A stretch of DNA of 64,000 bases from Curvularia clavata (GCA_023920165.1 CP089278.1:558001-622000); one strand, 5' to 3'. Shown: positions 13,471 to 26,949, counted from the stretch's first letter. Notes: generated by a model not told the origin, from the letters alone. Numbers and translations are program-made.

Positions 13471-14520
13471 ATGCGTTACTCTTCCGCTCTGGTGTTGAGC
13501 ACCATCGTTGTCGGCCAGGCTGCTGCCGCCAACCTCCACAACCGCCACGCCAGCTTCCACGCTCGTCGCCAAGCGTGAGTTCTGCCAGACATGCTTCTGT
13601 CGAACCAAATCTAACCATGCAATAGCGAGGCCAAGCGCAGCGCTGACGGCCAGGTCGACTGGAGCAAGGTCGCATACGACCTCAGCGATGTCGACTGGGA
13701 CAAGGTTTTTGCTAAGCCTTCTCCTAGCCCAACTCCTGAGCCAGAGGCCAAGGTTGCTGAGGTTAAGCAAGCCGACACTTACCCCCAGGCCTCCAGCTCG
13801 TCGCCTGCCGCCACCTCGGCTCAGAGCAAGGCTCCTGCCGCCACCCCAACCAAGGACCCTCTTGGCGACCTCCTCGACGATGTTGGTGACATTGTCGAAA
13901 ACGCCCTCAACGGCCTCCAGTCCATGATCACTGGCCTTGGTGCCAAGATCGGAAAGAACCCCAAGACCAACGAGAATGGTATCTGGATTGGCAAGGACAG
14001 CAACTGGAGGGCCCAGTTCACCAACGACGCCAGCAAGGACGCTGTTCTCTTCTGCTGGAGGTCCAACGACTTCAAGAACATGTGCATCAACGAGATGCAG
14101 CCTGAGATCTCCGTCGGTCTCAAGTCCGGCCAGTCTGTCGACATCTCTTTCGAGGAGAACGCTTCTGCAGCCTGCGCTCCCGTCTACCCTGACACCAAGC
14201 TCGCCATGTTCGGTGGTGTCGACAACACCTGGTTCGAGGTCACCTTCGGATCATCGGGTGCTTTCGATGTTTCCCGCAACGTCAACATGAACGGCAACAA
14301 TATCTCCGCCAAGGGCTCCAAGTGCACATCCGACATGGACACCTGTGTCTTCAAGTGCAAGAACGGTATGACCACCTGCGAGAAGGGTACCGACTACGAC
14401 CTCTTCAACTGCGATTCCAGCAACGGTGGTGGCGGTGGCTACGACACAATCATGGCTGGTACCGGCGGTGGTTGCGCCATGGGCCAGAGCGGCGAGGTCA
14501 TCAAGGTTGTCATGTCCTAA
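13471..14520 (+). CDS. Secreted Cys-rich protein, Asp f 4-like; 2 exons (13471-13574, 13626-14520)
   Basis: Signal peptide MRYSSALVLSTIVVGQAAA, His-rich propeptide ending in KR, intron 13575-13625 (GTGAGT...CTAAC...TAG), Ser/Thr/Pro/Ala linker, C-terminal domain with 9 Cys, strong C-ending codon bias. The family assignment is by resemblance only. Confidence 0.75.
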
Positions 14521-16029
14521 GCGTAGCCAAACCGATTCTGTCGGCATGGTCTTCTGTTCATTGTTTGCGTACTTATCTTCGCTATATTCCCCCTTGTTCA
14601 TTAGCGGTTGAATACGACTCTATACACTCTGTCTTTTAGATATGGGTGACTGGTCGGATACTCAGGCGCCTTGTGGGTACTGGTAGCCTGTGTGATACGC
14701 TTTTCTTTCGAGGCTCCCAGTGGTCAACGTGTATTTAGTAAATGTTTATTGTTAGTCTGCAAACTCGAAAAGTTCAACGAACTCGGTCTCGAATGTGTCT
14801 CGCGAACGTGATATGCTCTGCCATCAGGCGCGATTGTTTCGGCCTGGCGCCTGAGGTATGTAATTCCAGATTTTGGAGAAGATCGTGTTCGCTCAGTAGC
14901 CGTCTGGATCCGCTTCACAGGCCAGTGCATCTGGCGGTGCACATCCCGCTCGCTAACGATTCTTTAATTTCCCCCTCTTCAATTCCCCGATGCAGCAGGC
15001 GTCCCAATAACCGATCTGATCACCCAACAAACCCACATCCCATCTCGGCTCACGGGCCATATCGAAGGAAGAAAAAATGGAGCATGGATTACCCCGTACT
15101 AAGCGTTCACCCGGGTCAGCGATCTCGCGCCATTGTTTCATCACAAGACGGAGGCAGTCTGGGTCTGATTTCGGTGATGAGGACAGTATGTATGTAGGTA
15201 AGACCTATAGCCTATTGCGGAAATGGGCCGGTGGGATAGCGACGTAATCACAGCGAGCGGTACGCGTCGACAAAACACGGCGAAGAACATGTAAATGCTA
15301 TGCGAAGAGCGGACTGTGGTGATTGCAGATCAGAAGAATAGCAAGCGAATAAGTAGAGAGAAAGAGAAAGAAAATATGCGGTGGTGAATGTGACATGACA
15401 GAGACCATGTTGTGAGGAGCTCACCTGCTCGGTCCTTCCCAATGCACAGACAAGTACATAAACAAACAAACATACATACTGTGTGTAAGACATGAGGGGA
15501 GGCGCGATCCTTGTAGCAGAATCTGAGATGTGCGAGACATGGATTTGGTATGTTGAATATTCAAACACATTGTTGTGCTGTACACCAGTGCGAATTGAGG
15601 CCTGTGTCGTTCGATACGCATGAAGACGAACTATCAACACAGAGATATTATATAACTGTGACAACTACCGTTACTTTTCAAAGTAAAGTTATAAGTGCTA
15701 AAAACACAGTAAACGATGAACAGCTGTGACAACTACAGCTAATTTTAAGCGGGTCGCCATTCTTCGGTTTCCCTGACAATCACAAGCATCATGGACATGC
15801 AAAACCTCAATGCAGGTTAATCAAAGACTCGGAAACAGTAATGCGCTCATAAATGCTTCATTTCAGAAAATAGTCCCACAGTCCAAGCTCCACATACCAT
15901 GAAGAGTGTCTAAACTATCAAAGGGAAAATGCTCTTTCTGTACTCATACATGTGGTCACGAGCTACATTTGTCTAGCCCATACATGTGAATCAACTCGGG
16001 ATATAAGATGCAACACCAGGCCCGACCAT

Positions 16030-17560
16030 CTACAACTCGTCGTGGTCCTGAGGAACATCGTCGTCAGCACCGCCTGCCGAGCCGTAGAGCTTGGAGGTGA
16101 TGGGGTAGGCGACGTCGGAAAGCTTCTGGAACTGCTCATCAAATTCCTCAGCGGAGGCGTCGCCACCGTTGCTCTCGAGCCAGTCCTGGGTCTCCTTGAC
16201 AGCCTCGAGAAGGGACTCCTTGTCATCATCCTCAATCTTGCCACCAAGGCCCTCCTCGTCCTTGACCTGGTTCTTGAGGCTGAAAGCGTAGTTCTCGAGC
16301 TTGTTGCGAGCCTCAATGCGCTCACGAACAGCCTTGTCTTCCTCGGCGTACTTCTCGGCCTCCTCAACCATGCGGTCAATCTCCTCCTTGCTGAGACGGC
16401 CCTTGTCGTTGGTAATGGTGATGCTCTCACCCTTGCCAGTGCCCTTGTCGACAGCGCCGACCTTGAGGATACCGTTAGCGTCAAGCTCGAAGGTGACCTC
16501 AATCTGGGGAACACCACGGGGCGCAGGACTGCATATTGTTAGCTGCTGTTCAGTTCATTGTATACGCCACATCGAACTTACGGAATGTTGGTGAGCTCGA
16601 ACTTTCCAAGCTGGTTGTTGTCCTTAGTCATACTACGCTCGCCTTCGAATACTTGGATCAGGACGACGGGCTGGTTGTCAGCGGCCGTGGAGAAGATCTG
16701 GCTCTTCTTGGTAGGAATGGAGGTACCACGCTTGATGAGGGTGGTCATGACACCGCCAGTAGTCTCAATACCGAGAGTAAGAGGGTTGACATCCATGAGA
16801 ATGACACCGCTGGCGGCATCTTCACCGGCAAGAATACCACCCTGGACGGCAGCACCGTAAGCGACAGCCTCATCGGGGTTGACGTCCTTGCGAGCCTTCT
16901 TTCCGAAGAACTCCTCGAGCATGGACTGGACCTTGGGAATACGAGTGGAACCACCAACGAGGACAATGTCATCGATGTCGCTCTTCTTCATCTTGGCGTC
17001 CTTGAGAACCTGCTCAACGGGCTTGAGCGTCTTCTTGAAGAGGTCGTTGTTGAGCTCCTCGAACTTGGCGCGGGTAAGAGTCTCGGAGAAGTCCTTGCCC
17101 TTGTGGAAAGACTCAATCTCGATCTTGGTAGACTTCTGCGAAGAGAGCGTGCGCTTGGCCTTCTCAACCTCGCGCTTCAGCTTACCCATGGTCTTCTGGT
17201 CCTTGGTGATGTCGACATCGTTGGCCTTGTTGTACTTCTTGGCCAGGTAGTTGATAACACGGTTGTCGAAGTCTTCACCTCCCAAATGAGTGTCACCAGC
17301 AGTTGCTTGGACCTCGAAGACACCCTCGTCGAGAGTAAGGATGGAGACATCAAAAGTACCACCACCGAGATCGTAGACGAGAACCTGGCGTTCACCCTTG
17401 TCGGTCTGCGGAGAAAGTTAGCTTTGTTCGCGGAGATAGTGATGGTGCGTCTTACCTTGTCAAGACCGTAAGCGAGAGCGGCGGCGGTGGGCTCGTTGAC
17501 GACACGGAGAACGTTGAGACCAGCGATAGTACCGGCATCCTTGGTGGCGGCACGCTGAGC

Positions 17561-17602
<42 letters not shown>

Positions 17603-18266
17603 AGTCTCGCCAAGGTAGCTCTCAGCGACCTCCTTCATCTTGCCGAGAACCATGGCGGAGACTTCTTCGGGGGTGAAGGTCTTGTCCTTGCCGTGAACGG
17701 GAACACTAACGCGGGGCTGGCCATTCTGGTTGACGACCTTGAAGGGGAAGTGCTTGATGTCGTTCTGGACAGACTTATCGGCGTACTTTTGACCAATGAG
17801 ACGTTTCTGCTCTCCCGTTAGTATGCTGCGTTTTCAATAGCGGGGTATAGGGTATGCATACGATATCGAAGATGGTTCGCTGGGGGTTGGAGGAGAACTG
17901 GTTCTTGGCGGCGTCTCCGACAAGGCGCTCCTCGTCTGTGAAGGCTACCCAAGAAGGAGTGATACGGTTACCTAGAGGGCAATGGTTAGTGGGGGTGTCT
18001 CAGAGGAATTGGTGCTGGAGGGGCTTACCCTGGTCGTTGGCAATGATTTCGACATTGCCGTTCTTCATGACACCAACGCAAGAGTACGTGGTTCCCAGAT
18101 CGATACCAATAACAGGGCCGGTGATAGACTTGTCGTCCTTTGCGGATTCGGTGTCGTCGGCGTGTGCTGTCTTAGCCAGCATCAGACCGCCGACGAGGAC
18201 GAGGAGAAGGTAAAAGGCGATTGACCATGTCGAGCGCTTGCTCGCATTTCGTGAGCTGCGCGCCAT
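16030..18266 (-). CDS. KAR2: ER Hsp70 chaperone BiP/Kar2; 5 exons (introns 18028-17972, 17861-17807, 17455-17406, 16581-16529)
   Basis: Signal peptide, [29 protein letters not shown] and C-terminal HDEL. All four introns are GT-AG and restore frame. Confidence 0.98.
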
Positions 18267-18640
18267 TGTGGTGTATGTGTGTGTGTAATGGGGTCTCTCA
18301 GAGACTATGTGGCCCTCGAGTGCCAGAAGCAAGTGCGGGCGTAACTCTCTTGGAGCTCGCGGAGGGGTGGTGGAGTAGACAAGACTCTCCGGGTATCGTA
18401 AGGAAAGGAAAGCAAAGGCAAGATGGGCTTGTTCCCTTGGTGAGTGGAGGGAGAAAGAAGAGTAGCGGTGGAGGGCTACTATTATATGCACGCCCAGTCG
18501 TGGAAGTATTTAGAAAGAACACCTTGCGATCTCGAAATGCTAGCTCCGAAACAGGCTTAGCGCGCAAGCTTGACCATGGCGCTTTTGCCCCAGTTGCCCG
18601 CAACAGCCTCAATTTCATCCGTGTTTAATGCAACCTGCTA

Positions 18641-18652
18641 CAGGACACGTGG
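18641..18652 (-). promoter_or_regulatory. Putative unfolded-protein-response element (CCACGTGTCCTG) upstream of KAR2
   Basis: About 375 bp upstream of the KAR2 ATG. Resembles the ACACGTGTCCT-type HacA/Hac1 site I recall for filamentous-fungal bipA promoters. Confidence 0.6.
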
Positions 18653-19910
18653 AATTTGGTGGTCTAGTGGCGATCGCTGATTGTATGGCTCTTGTATCAT
18701 CTTGATCGCTCTGCCGCTGTGCAGTTCTGCAGCCTCGAGAAACGCAATGTGTGTGCGACTAGACAAGTCGCAGCTCCATAGGCGTATCGCCGGTCGCTAT
18801 CTAGCGGCCGATACCCCTCCACCTAAGCGAATGCACTCGAGCCTCGCACCTCTCTTTCGACATGTCCACCTTGGATGAAGCAGTGGGCCGGGTTACGGTT
18901 GCCTAGTTTCGACTCATACATGGCAATCATCTCGAAATTTCCGGCTTCTTCATCGGTGATTGCGGTGGGCTTCGGTGGCTGTCAGTTCCAGGTGTCCTTT
19001 TTGTTTTACAGTAAATTGTGGGGAAGCGGAAATTCACTACTCCGATCTCTACCAATCGCCTGCCACCACATTGATGACTCCAGATTCGCCTTACCTGCAA
19101 CGTTTCCATAACGCTCAGTTGCCACCTACGCAAACTGCCATGTTGCCCTGTCCGCTGTTTCCCACAGACTGACCCACAACACCTCCAATAGAGATCTCGG
19201 ACCCATACATAGAAGTCGTGTTGGTCAATAAATCGTCCTTGATTACTTATACATATATATCATGGAACGAACGCATCGCGCTGCTGTGTCCCTGGGATTG
19301 TGCAAAAGCAGGCCATAAATTCGACCAGCAGTTTGCAGCTTAACAATGGATGACTATGAATGAAGGCTGTTGCAGAACCCCAAAGATCTGTCATCTTATA
19401 CGCACACATCCGAAATACGCGAAGCCGCAACCCTATTCGGCGACAACTTACCACGCCGCAGTGCCGAATCCGGAATCGTCCCCACCAGGATGCTCTAACT
19501 TTACTTCAACTACAACACATCGATACGGCCACTTATGTCCTACAAAGTATGTGTGCCATGTCAAATCACTACTTCAAGTCCCGTAGTTCAGATACAGACA
19601 TAGTATTATACACTGGTAGACAACCAAGTGGATAAGCCAATCATGCGTCCAGCGGCTCAGCCACACGCTCTGATTGGACGAACCCTGTCGCAACGTCATG
19701 GACGCGAGCCGTCTCATAGTCGTCATCCGTGGCTGGGGGTTAAACTTACCTGAAAACAAACTGCGACAATACTCGTTTCTGCATGGTATATAACTGCGTG
19801 GCTGTATAAGCACTAATTGCCTTGACATATATGACTGCTCTTGGCCCTCATGTCAAACTACTAATCTAACACTCCTCTAAAACACCGTCAGATACGCAGG
19901 TCCGAGCAAC

Positions 19911-21287
19911 ATGTCTGATAGCGTCGTAGATCCAGCGGCAAGAGACAAATATCTTCTGCAAGGTACACAGAACAGGTTCTTTTTGCTCCAGTCCACCTAA
20001 CAATGCGCAGTAACTGCAGGGCCATCTTATAACCCTTCGGACCATAAACCAGTAGCAGTAAATGAGACGGACGCAACCCATATCGAAAGTGATATCTTAT
20101 CGGCCTGGATACGCGTTCGCATCAAGGACTACCATGGCTTACCTCGTGGCTCGCCGTCGTCATCACCTTACTTCAACCACCCACAACATACCTCAGATCG
20201 CTACTCCATCGCTTACTCATTCATACCCAAAAAGGATATGTCAGGTTCCGACCTGGTCATGGGCTTCGACTACGGCCATTCAATCAAACACCAATTACCC
20301 CCCGGTTTTCGTTACGCGATGAAGATTGCAACCAGCCTGCTTGATCCAGGCCTGTATTCTGATCCCTACTCTGACCAACCGTATCTTTATGGCCCTGCAC
20401 TCTCCAGTTTCTTTGCCTTCAGAATCGGCGAGAAGACAAGCATCATGTCCCCGTCTGACCAACTCTCCCAGCTCGATCAAGAATCTGACAGTGTGATTGA
20501 GGAAGGTGCATACGGAAGCGGCGCTGAAATCCGTGAGACGCTCAAGATGCCCTCAAGATGGAAGAAACGACGGAAATTCTATCTCGACGCCAACGCCCTT
20601 GCGAACTTTACGTTCGAGAAGGACAGGATGTACCATGTGGACTTTTTCAACCCACACTTGGACTTTGCAAACTTCGCCCTAAGATTACCAGGTTTCTCAA
20701 TCAGTGTCGCGCGCTACATAGACGAGAAGACGCATCATTTGAGATATGTCCTGAAGAACCGAAAGACGGACGAGGTTTTAATTGTCGTGATTTTTAGGTT
20801 ACTGTACGGCAAGGAGTTGAAGGAAGTGTTGGAACAGGAGAAGAGCAACGAGAGTGTGCCATCTACAATCGCGGCTGATGAGTCCAGAAAGGATAAGGAC
20901 CATGATGAGCTGACCAAAGGACACAATACTGAGAAAGATGGAGGATATGCCCATAGACGTGCATCAACACCGGCGGAAATTCCTGGGGAACCGGGGCCTG
21001 AAGCAGCAAATCCCGATCACGATAATCAAAACGCCCTGGGTTATGCTGGCCAAGCCACGGCCGCAGTGTCAGGCTTAACAAGCACAGTAGCAGCGGCCTA
21101 CAGAGCACTTGGCTTTGGTAACTCGTCATCTTCAGCTTCCGATTCCGATGCATCGAGCAGAAATAGTTCTCCACATTCTTCCGGGCAATCGACGATAGCA
21201 AAAATCGACAACATAGACAACCAGACAGTGGAGAGGTTCCTGCAGGATCAGACCAGTAACGCACCAAGTTCTACAAAAGCAAATTGA
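19911..21287 (+). CDS. DUF1769 family protein; 2 exons (19911-19962, 20011-21287)
   Basis: The provided ORF (20238) extends upstream in frame through VTAGPSY...RVRIKDY...YF...DRYSI. Intron 19963-20010 (GTACAC...CTAAC...CAG). Motifs LPPGF, DPGLYSDPYSDQPYLYGPALSS, DFFNPHLDF and LRYVLK. A further upstream exon is possible (CTAAC...CAG at about 19866-19891). Confidence 0.8.
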
Positions 21288-22282
21288 GAAAAAGATGTGT
21301 AGGCCATGCATCCTATCCCGCTAGACATAGATAATCGTAATTTGATGTTACCCCATGACACTCATAGTGCCATGTGTCTCTTTATCTGGCGCACTCCTGA
21401 CTCTGAACACTCAACAACGTGATCAAGGCCAACAATCCAAGCAACTCTAAGCTAACAATCTTCTCTCGCGACAACAGCTGGTGTCAAACAAACTTGGAAT
21501 TCCTTACGAAGTATGATGACTGCCAGATACCTTTCCGTTCCGTCTTGCTTTTTCCTGAGATACACGAGAACACCAGCAGACCCCTAAGCATGTGAAGGCG
21601 GCAGAATAGACGGTAACGCGAAGGGTCTAGCTCAGTTTAGGACCGCACGTGCCATGCGCCCCACATCCATCTCGAAGACGATGAAACCGAACAGGCTCCT
21701 TGACACACGCTGGGCCCCAAACTTCCTTCGGAGGGCAACAATACACGCTCTCATGGCGCAGGGATCTGACCCCCAGCTGACTACCGTCAAGCCGGCTCGA
21801 GGCCCAGGGCAACTGCACGCGCCATGGTGTCAGCCGGTCTTACCGTCGTTGACCCCCTCAACCTAGCGGATCTGCGTCTCGGATACTGAAGCTTCCATGG
21901 CACTAACACGTTTTGTCGCGAAGAAATGCCCAAAGCACATTGCGACACGACGGTGATTTGCGGTAGGGTATTGATTCCATCGGCGTATGTACTCCCGTAC
22001 GCTTGCGGGTGTCTGTGTTTCCAGTGCACAGCATCTTGAGGCAGTTTTAGTGGCGCGGATTCATGCAACACCGAATGGGTTATCCCTCTTTAGGGCTCCC
22101 ATGATGCCTCTTCTTGTCAACAGTCTTCGTTTATTAGGTTTTCTTCGATTCCGACATCTTTCCTGACTATTTTCCCGAATTCGGCCCTTTGTAAATCTTG
22201 TACGATGATGATAAACACTTGCCTGGACCTCGCACTTTTGTGCCATCCAGTCCTGGCGCTTCTTACCATTCAGCGATCTAAG

Positions 22283-23276
22283 ATGCAGACTCAGCAGTCA
22301 TTCTGGCAGTTCTTCCTGCTCAGTTTTCTATCCCTGCTAGCCATTCGCTATGTGAGCAGTGCAAGCACGACTCCTCAGATCCCGGACGCAATAAATGCAA
22401 GTGTCTGCGAATCACAAGACCAACCCAATCCGATCGCTTCGATATATCCAAACAACGCGACCGGAGTCCTCAACGGCACGATATCGGTAGTGCCAATCTC
22501 ACTGGATCTCGCACGACAACTGATACCATCGCAATATCGCATCTTGGAGCATGCATATCGACACCTCCTTCCATCGTTCCCCAAAAACATGTACCCGGCT
22601 GTTGTCCAAGCTGTCCATGACCACGACATCCAGGCTTCCGGATTCAAAGTCCCCGACTTTTCAGTGAGTTTGAACGATTTTCTCCAACACCAACCGTAGA
22701 ACTAACAGCCCACAGCGCGCTGGCATCGAGTTCCCATTTCTCGACTTATTAGGCGACAACAGCACCTCCTTCAAATGGGTGCCTTCGTTGCTCATATCCA
22801 GCGACAACACGCTGGCAATTCAGGGCTCTGAAGCCTACGGCACAACCACCTACCCTGCCACCTTTAACCCTACCTGTGATGCCTACAAGGCCGTCACTGA
22901 CGCCAAGCGACCCGGCACCACGTCCTACATCGGCCGCAGCACCAACAGCTCCGCATCTGGAACCGCATGTGTCGACACGCAATTCTCCGCAACGACTAAG
23001 CAAGCGTATCCCCTGAACTTCTTTGTCAACGTCACCAACCAGATCATTTTCGCCGACGGAAAGTCGTGCGATAACATGATTCGCTTCTTCAACACCAGTC
23101 TTTCTACTGCCCCGAATACGATTCAAACGGTAAAGGGCACCGTGCGCGCAAAGATTCTGCCGTTCAAGGACGAACAGGTCTGGAACGATGTCTATGGTAT
23201 TCGTCTGGCTAGCGCGTTCATTGAGAATAATTATCTTCCGTGCGAGAACTTCCGGGGCTATGGGTCGTCGGATTAA
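22283..23276 (+). CDS. Uncharacterised secreted or membrane-anchored glycoprotein; 2 exons (22283-22663, 22716-23276)
   Basis: Hydrophobic N-terminus FWQFFLLSFLSLLAIRYVSSAS. Intron 22664-22715 (GTGAGT...CTAAC...CAG) joins the two track ORFs in frame. Many N-x-S/T sequons and 5 Cys. The start codon choice is uncertain. Confidence 0.78.
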
Positions 23277-23586
23277 GAGGGGAAGAGAAGGGAAATTGCG
23301 GCTTGTTTGGGTCCTTTGACTCAGGGAAAGCAGCCGAAAAGCTATGCACATATGATGAATTATCACATGGGGGAGTTTGGGAGCATACATGTAGAGCAGT
23401 TGCTCTGAGAAACAAGTGCATAAGGGATACCCGATTGAAGTTATTTGGCCGGCTAGCAGCCATAGAGAAGACTGTATATAGGATAACAAGATATATATTT
23501 ATCGCCATGTCGAAAGACAGAAAAAGAAAAGATCGCTTTGCGTTTTTGTACAACATACATAATGTGATGACATATCGACCAGCTAC

Positions 23587-25390
23587 TCATTTCATGCCAA
23601 GCAAGCCTTTCAACCTCATGACCTTTCCCTGAATTATCCCCTTTAGACCACCCGCTCCCATGGCTGGTACCTCGTCCACGCCAACAAAGCGACGTACCAG
23701 CAGATTGAAAATGTTTCCAAAACCCAATGCCATGACTGTGCTGGTGAGGATGATGACATTGTACGGCATACTGAAATCAGGCGTAGGCAGAGGAAGAAGG
23801 AGCGAGTTTGTGCGGACGTAGATGCCCTTGTTGTCGCCAGACGATGGTGACAAGACACGGATGACGGCAGGAGCGACATCAAAGCCTCGGTTTGCATCTG
23901 GTGGGTACTCTGTATATCGTAGAATGGCTTTCTCAAAGTCATAGGTCAGAGTGAGGGTAGATGCGGGTGGGATAACCATGCGCAGCTCGAGATGAGTGCC
24001 GCGTTTGCGGTCGACTGCTGGTCGGTAGTATGTCTCTTTGATGGGAGTCTGATCAGTGGTATCGAGATGAGCTCGCAGTGTGTGCAGGTAAGGTTTCATG
24101 AACCAAGGCAGAGATTCGAGATACACGATCTCGACTGCCTGTTCTTTGGATGGGTTCCGTATGACCGCCTGGATGCTACCTCGCTCTTGGCCGTGGCCGT
24201 TGATGGATCTCGCTGCAAAGACGAGCGGGTCGGGACGGACCAAACCTGTCTTCATCTTCTGCTCAGGGAGAGCAACGTTGAAGTTCTGGCCGGTCGGAAG
24301 TTTAAAGCAGCGAAGAGTATCTGATGCCAACTTCATCTCTGTGAATGGGCCTTCTGTCTCCACCTCCATGATACGCTCTGGTGGCATATTGATACAGACA
24401 TTGTGGGACTCGTCTGCGCTCTCACCTACCAAGGGGCAGGCTCCCCTAAGCGGCCTTCCGAAAACTTCCTCGAGGGTCCATGGAAGCTCAGTGCCCTTGT
24501 TTAGAGGATAGCATGTATCATGCCCGTTGTAACCCTTGGATGTGTCGCATTCTATCTGTTCAATTGGGAGAGGCCGCGGGATAGGGTTGTCTCTTGGGCG
24601 CTTCGCTCTATCAATGTCCAAGACCATGTCCACACTCTGCTCCATCTCTATGGAGCAAGTGGAGCCAGCCTCATCACACGTGGGGCGGACATCTACAGCC
24701 ATGGTCTGGAATGCGGCATCGAACAGCTTGTGCCCATCAAGGAGGCTGGAGACCCCTGCTTTCCCCTTGCAGGGCAACAGTTTCAGGAAGGGGGTCAGGT
24801 TCTCGGTACAGACGACCTCATGGGGCAGCGTGCCGTGGAGCAGGTGGAGGTTGGATGCATTGCCGTGCTGGCCTTCTGGGTCAAAGGACATGACAGGGCG
24901 TATGGTTTTGGTAGCATCAATGAAGTTGATCGAGGCGCAGAAGAGACCCGACAAGGCATTGGTAAGCTTCAGCCATCGGGCAAACGCTCTGAGGACAGAT
25001 TAGCATGCGTTAAGCACTGCGTGTATAGGAGACATACTCATCCTCGGTATCAGCCTCGACCCAAGCCCACAGCTCGACGCCAGTGCCTCCTTCTCTTGCC
25101 CCGTTCCATGGCCGCTGTCCCCAGTTGTCGGCATCCCATCTCCCAACACTAAACCTCAGGTGCAGTTCCTTTGTATGCGTATGTTGGAGAATCTGGCCAA
25201 AAGAGCGTGGGAAGTAGCGGAAGTTTTGAGCCTCAAAGGCTGCTGCGCTTTCGTTGCTTCGGAAGTTGAAAGAGGCCAGAAGAGTGTTTTGGGGCAGCGG
25301 CCGGAGGAGGAGGCGCTCGCTGTAGTCGGAACTCGCCGAGACGAACGCGATTAAGGCATTGAGCAACAGGAGGGCGAAATACGAGAGCAT
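23587..25390 (-). CDS. GPI16: GPI transamidase subunit Gpi16/PIG-T; 2 exons (25390-25038, 24988-23587)
   Basis: Signal peptide, GGTGVELWAW, LSGLFCASINF, EVVCTENLTPFLKLLPC, YPPDANRGFDV and PTPDFSMPYNVII followed by a TM helix. Intron 25037-24989. Confidence 0.95.
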
Positions 25391-25608
25391 CGCAGCATTG
25401 TAGCGCTCTCTACGCGGAAATGGTGGTGTTGTGATGAGGTGGAGAGTGCTGGTGGAGGGTGAAGGCGCCCCGCGTGTGATTGGCCGGGCGGTGTGTATAC
25501 CGTACTTGGCATTACCGCGGTCGCATTGTCGCGATTTCTTTTGACCGTCTCTCTGCCCCCAGCTCTCCACATCACGACTTTACCAATCAACACCACCCGG
25601 TACACATT

Positions 25609-26590
25609 ATGGCTGCGGCAGAGACGCGTAGGCTGCTCGGTATGCTCCTCCAAATCTACTCAATAGAAGAAAAAAACAAGACTGACACGATGCAGAGCAG
25701 CTCATGGGCGAACAGCTCATGAACGGAACCGACCAGCGCGCGCCCCAGCTCAGCATCACCGACCCCAAGGTCTGTCGCTCGTATCTTGTTGGCAACTGCC
25801 CACACGACCTCTTCACCAACACCAAGAACGAACTGGGAACCTGTCCCAAAGTCCACAATGAGGCGCTTAAGGCCGAGTACGAGAAGGCCGACGCAGAGCA
25901 GAAGCGCAGGTGGGGCTTCGAGTTTGACTACATGCGCGACATGCAGCATCACATTGACGCCTGTAACCGCAAAATAGATTCGGCCCAGCGCCGCCTAGAA
26001 AAGACGCCTGAGGAGATTCGGCAGACCAACGCTCTTGTAAGTAGCCTTGTGGTTGTTCCAACCTGTATCCTTTGCTAACATGTGAACAGCTCAAAGCAAT
26101 CAACGAACTCACAAAGTCCATCGAGGCCGGTATGCTCGAGATAAAGATCATGGGCGAGGAGGGCATGGTCAACATGGCCGTGCAAGAGTTCACAAAGGTC
26201 CGCTACAAGAAGGCAGAGAAGGAGGAGCGTGAGCGGGAACTGAGGGCCCTCTCGGACACTGGAGGTCCTTCGGGTCACCAGAAACTCCAAGTGTGTGACG
26301 TATGCGGTGCGTATCTCAGTCGTCTGGACAATGATCGTCGTCTAGCAGACCACTTTTACGGAAAGATGCATCTTGGCTACGCTTCGATGCGCAAGTCGTA
26401 TGAGGCACTGTCCAAGGAGCTCAAGGACCGTCCTCAACCCCGCAACTCGTACCCTTCTTCGAGCAACGACATGGATCGCGGCAGTGGCGGAGGATGGGGA
26501 GGCGGTGGTTACGGAGGCGGTGGTGGTGGCGGCGGTGGCTACCGTGGCGGACGAGGCGGTCGTCGCGGTGGCAGAAGAGGCGGCTGGTAA
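25609..26590 (+). CDS. LUC7: U1 snRNP component Luc7; 3 exons (25609-25639, 25696-26036, 26090-26590)
   Basis: Zinc fingers VCRSYLVGNCPHDLFTNTK...CPKVH and VCDVCGAYLS...DHFYGKMH, plus an RGG tail. Introns 25640-25695 and 26037-26089 restore frame. Confidence 0.96.
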
Positions 26591-26949
26591 AGTTTCCCCC
26601 TTAAGGTCTCGGCGTTCAGGTGTGTCTATGAGATTCCCAAAATGTGCAGCTTACTACAGTTTTGATGCGAGAGAAAATAACTACCACCACCTCGACTTGT
26701 TCGGTGGTGAAACTGTATAACATCTAGCCAACTATGTTGGGGGGAAGCCCTCCGAGAGGGTGAGTGTTTTGAGCTATGAAATCAAAGTTCCAAGTCAGCA
26801 AATGTACGCTTTTCTCTCCAAAAAAAAAAAAGATGCGCCCTGATATGCTTCTTTCTAACCGTCATTCAAGGGAACTGGACGCAGAAAACTACAACATGCC
26901 CTCTTGTTTGTGTGCATTCTTGTTGCAGGTGCGTGGCTTCTTCTTTCTT

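Noticed and set aside
15952..17471. Long + strand ORFs (196 aa, 311 aa) opposite KAR2
   Set aside because: These are antisense shadows of a strongly codon-biased Hsp70 gene, a well-known artefact.
21622..21700. tRNA-like start GGGTCTAGCTCAGTTTAGG
   Set aside because: The D-stem does not close, and no T-loop (GTTCGA) or acceptor stem follows.
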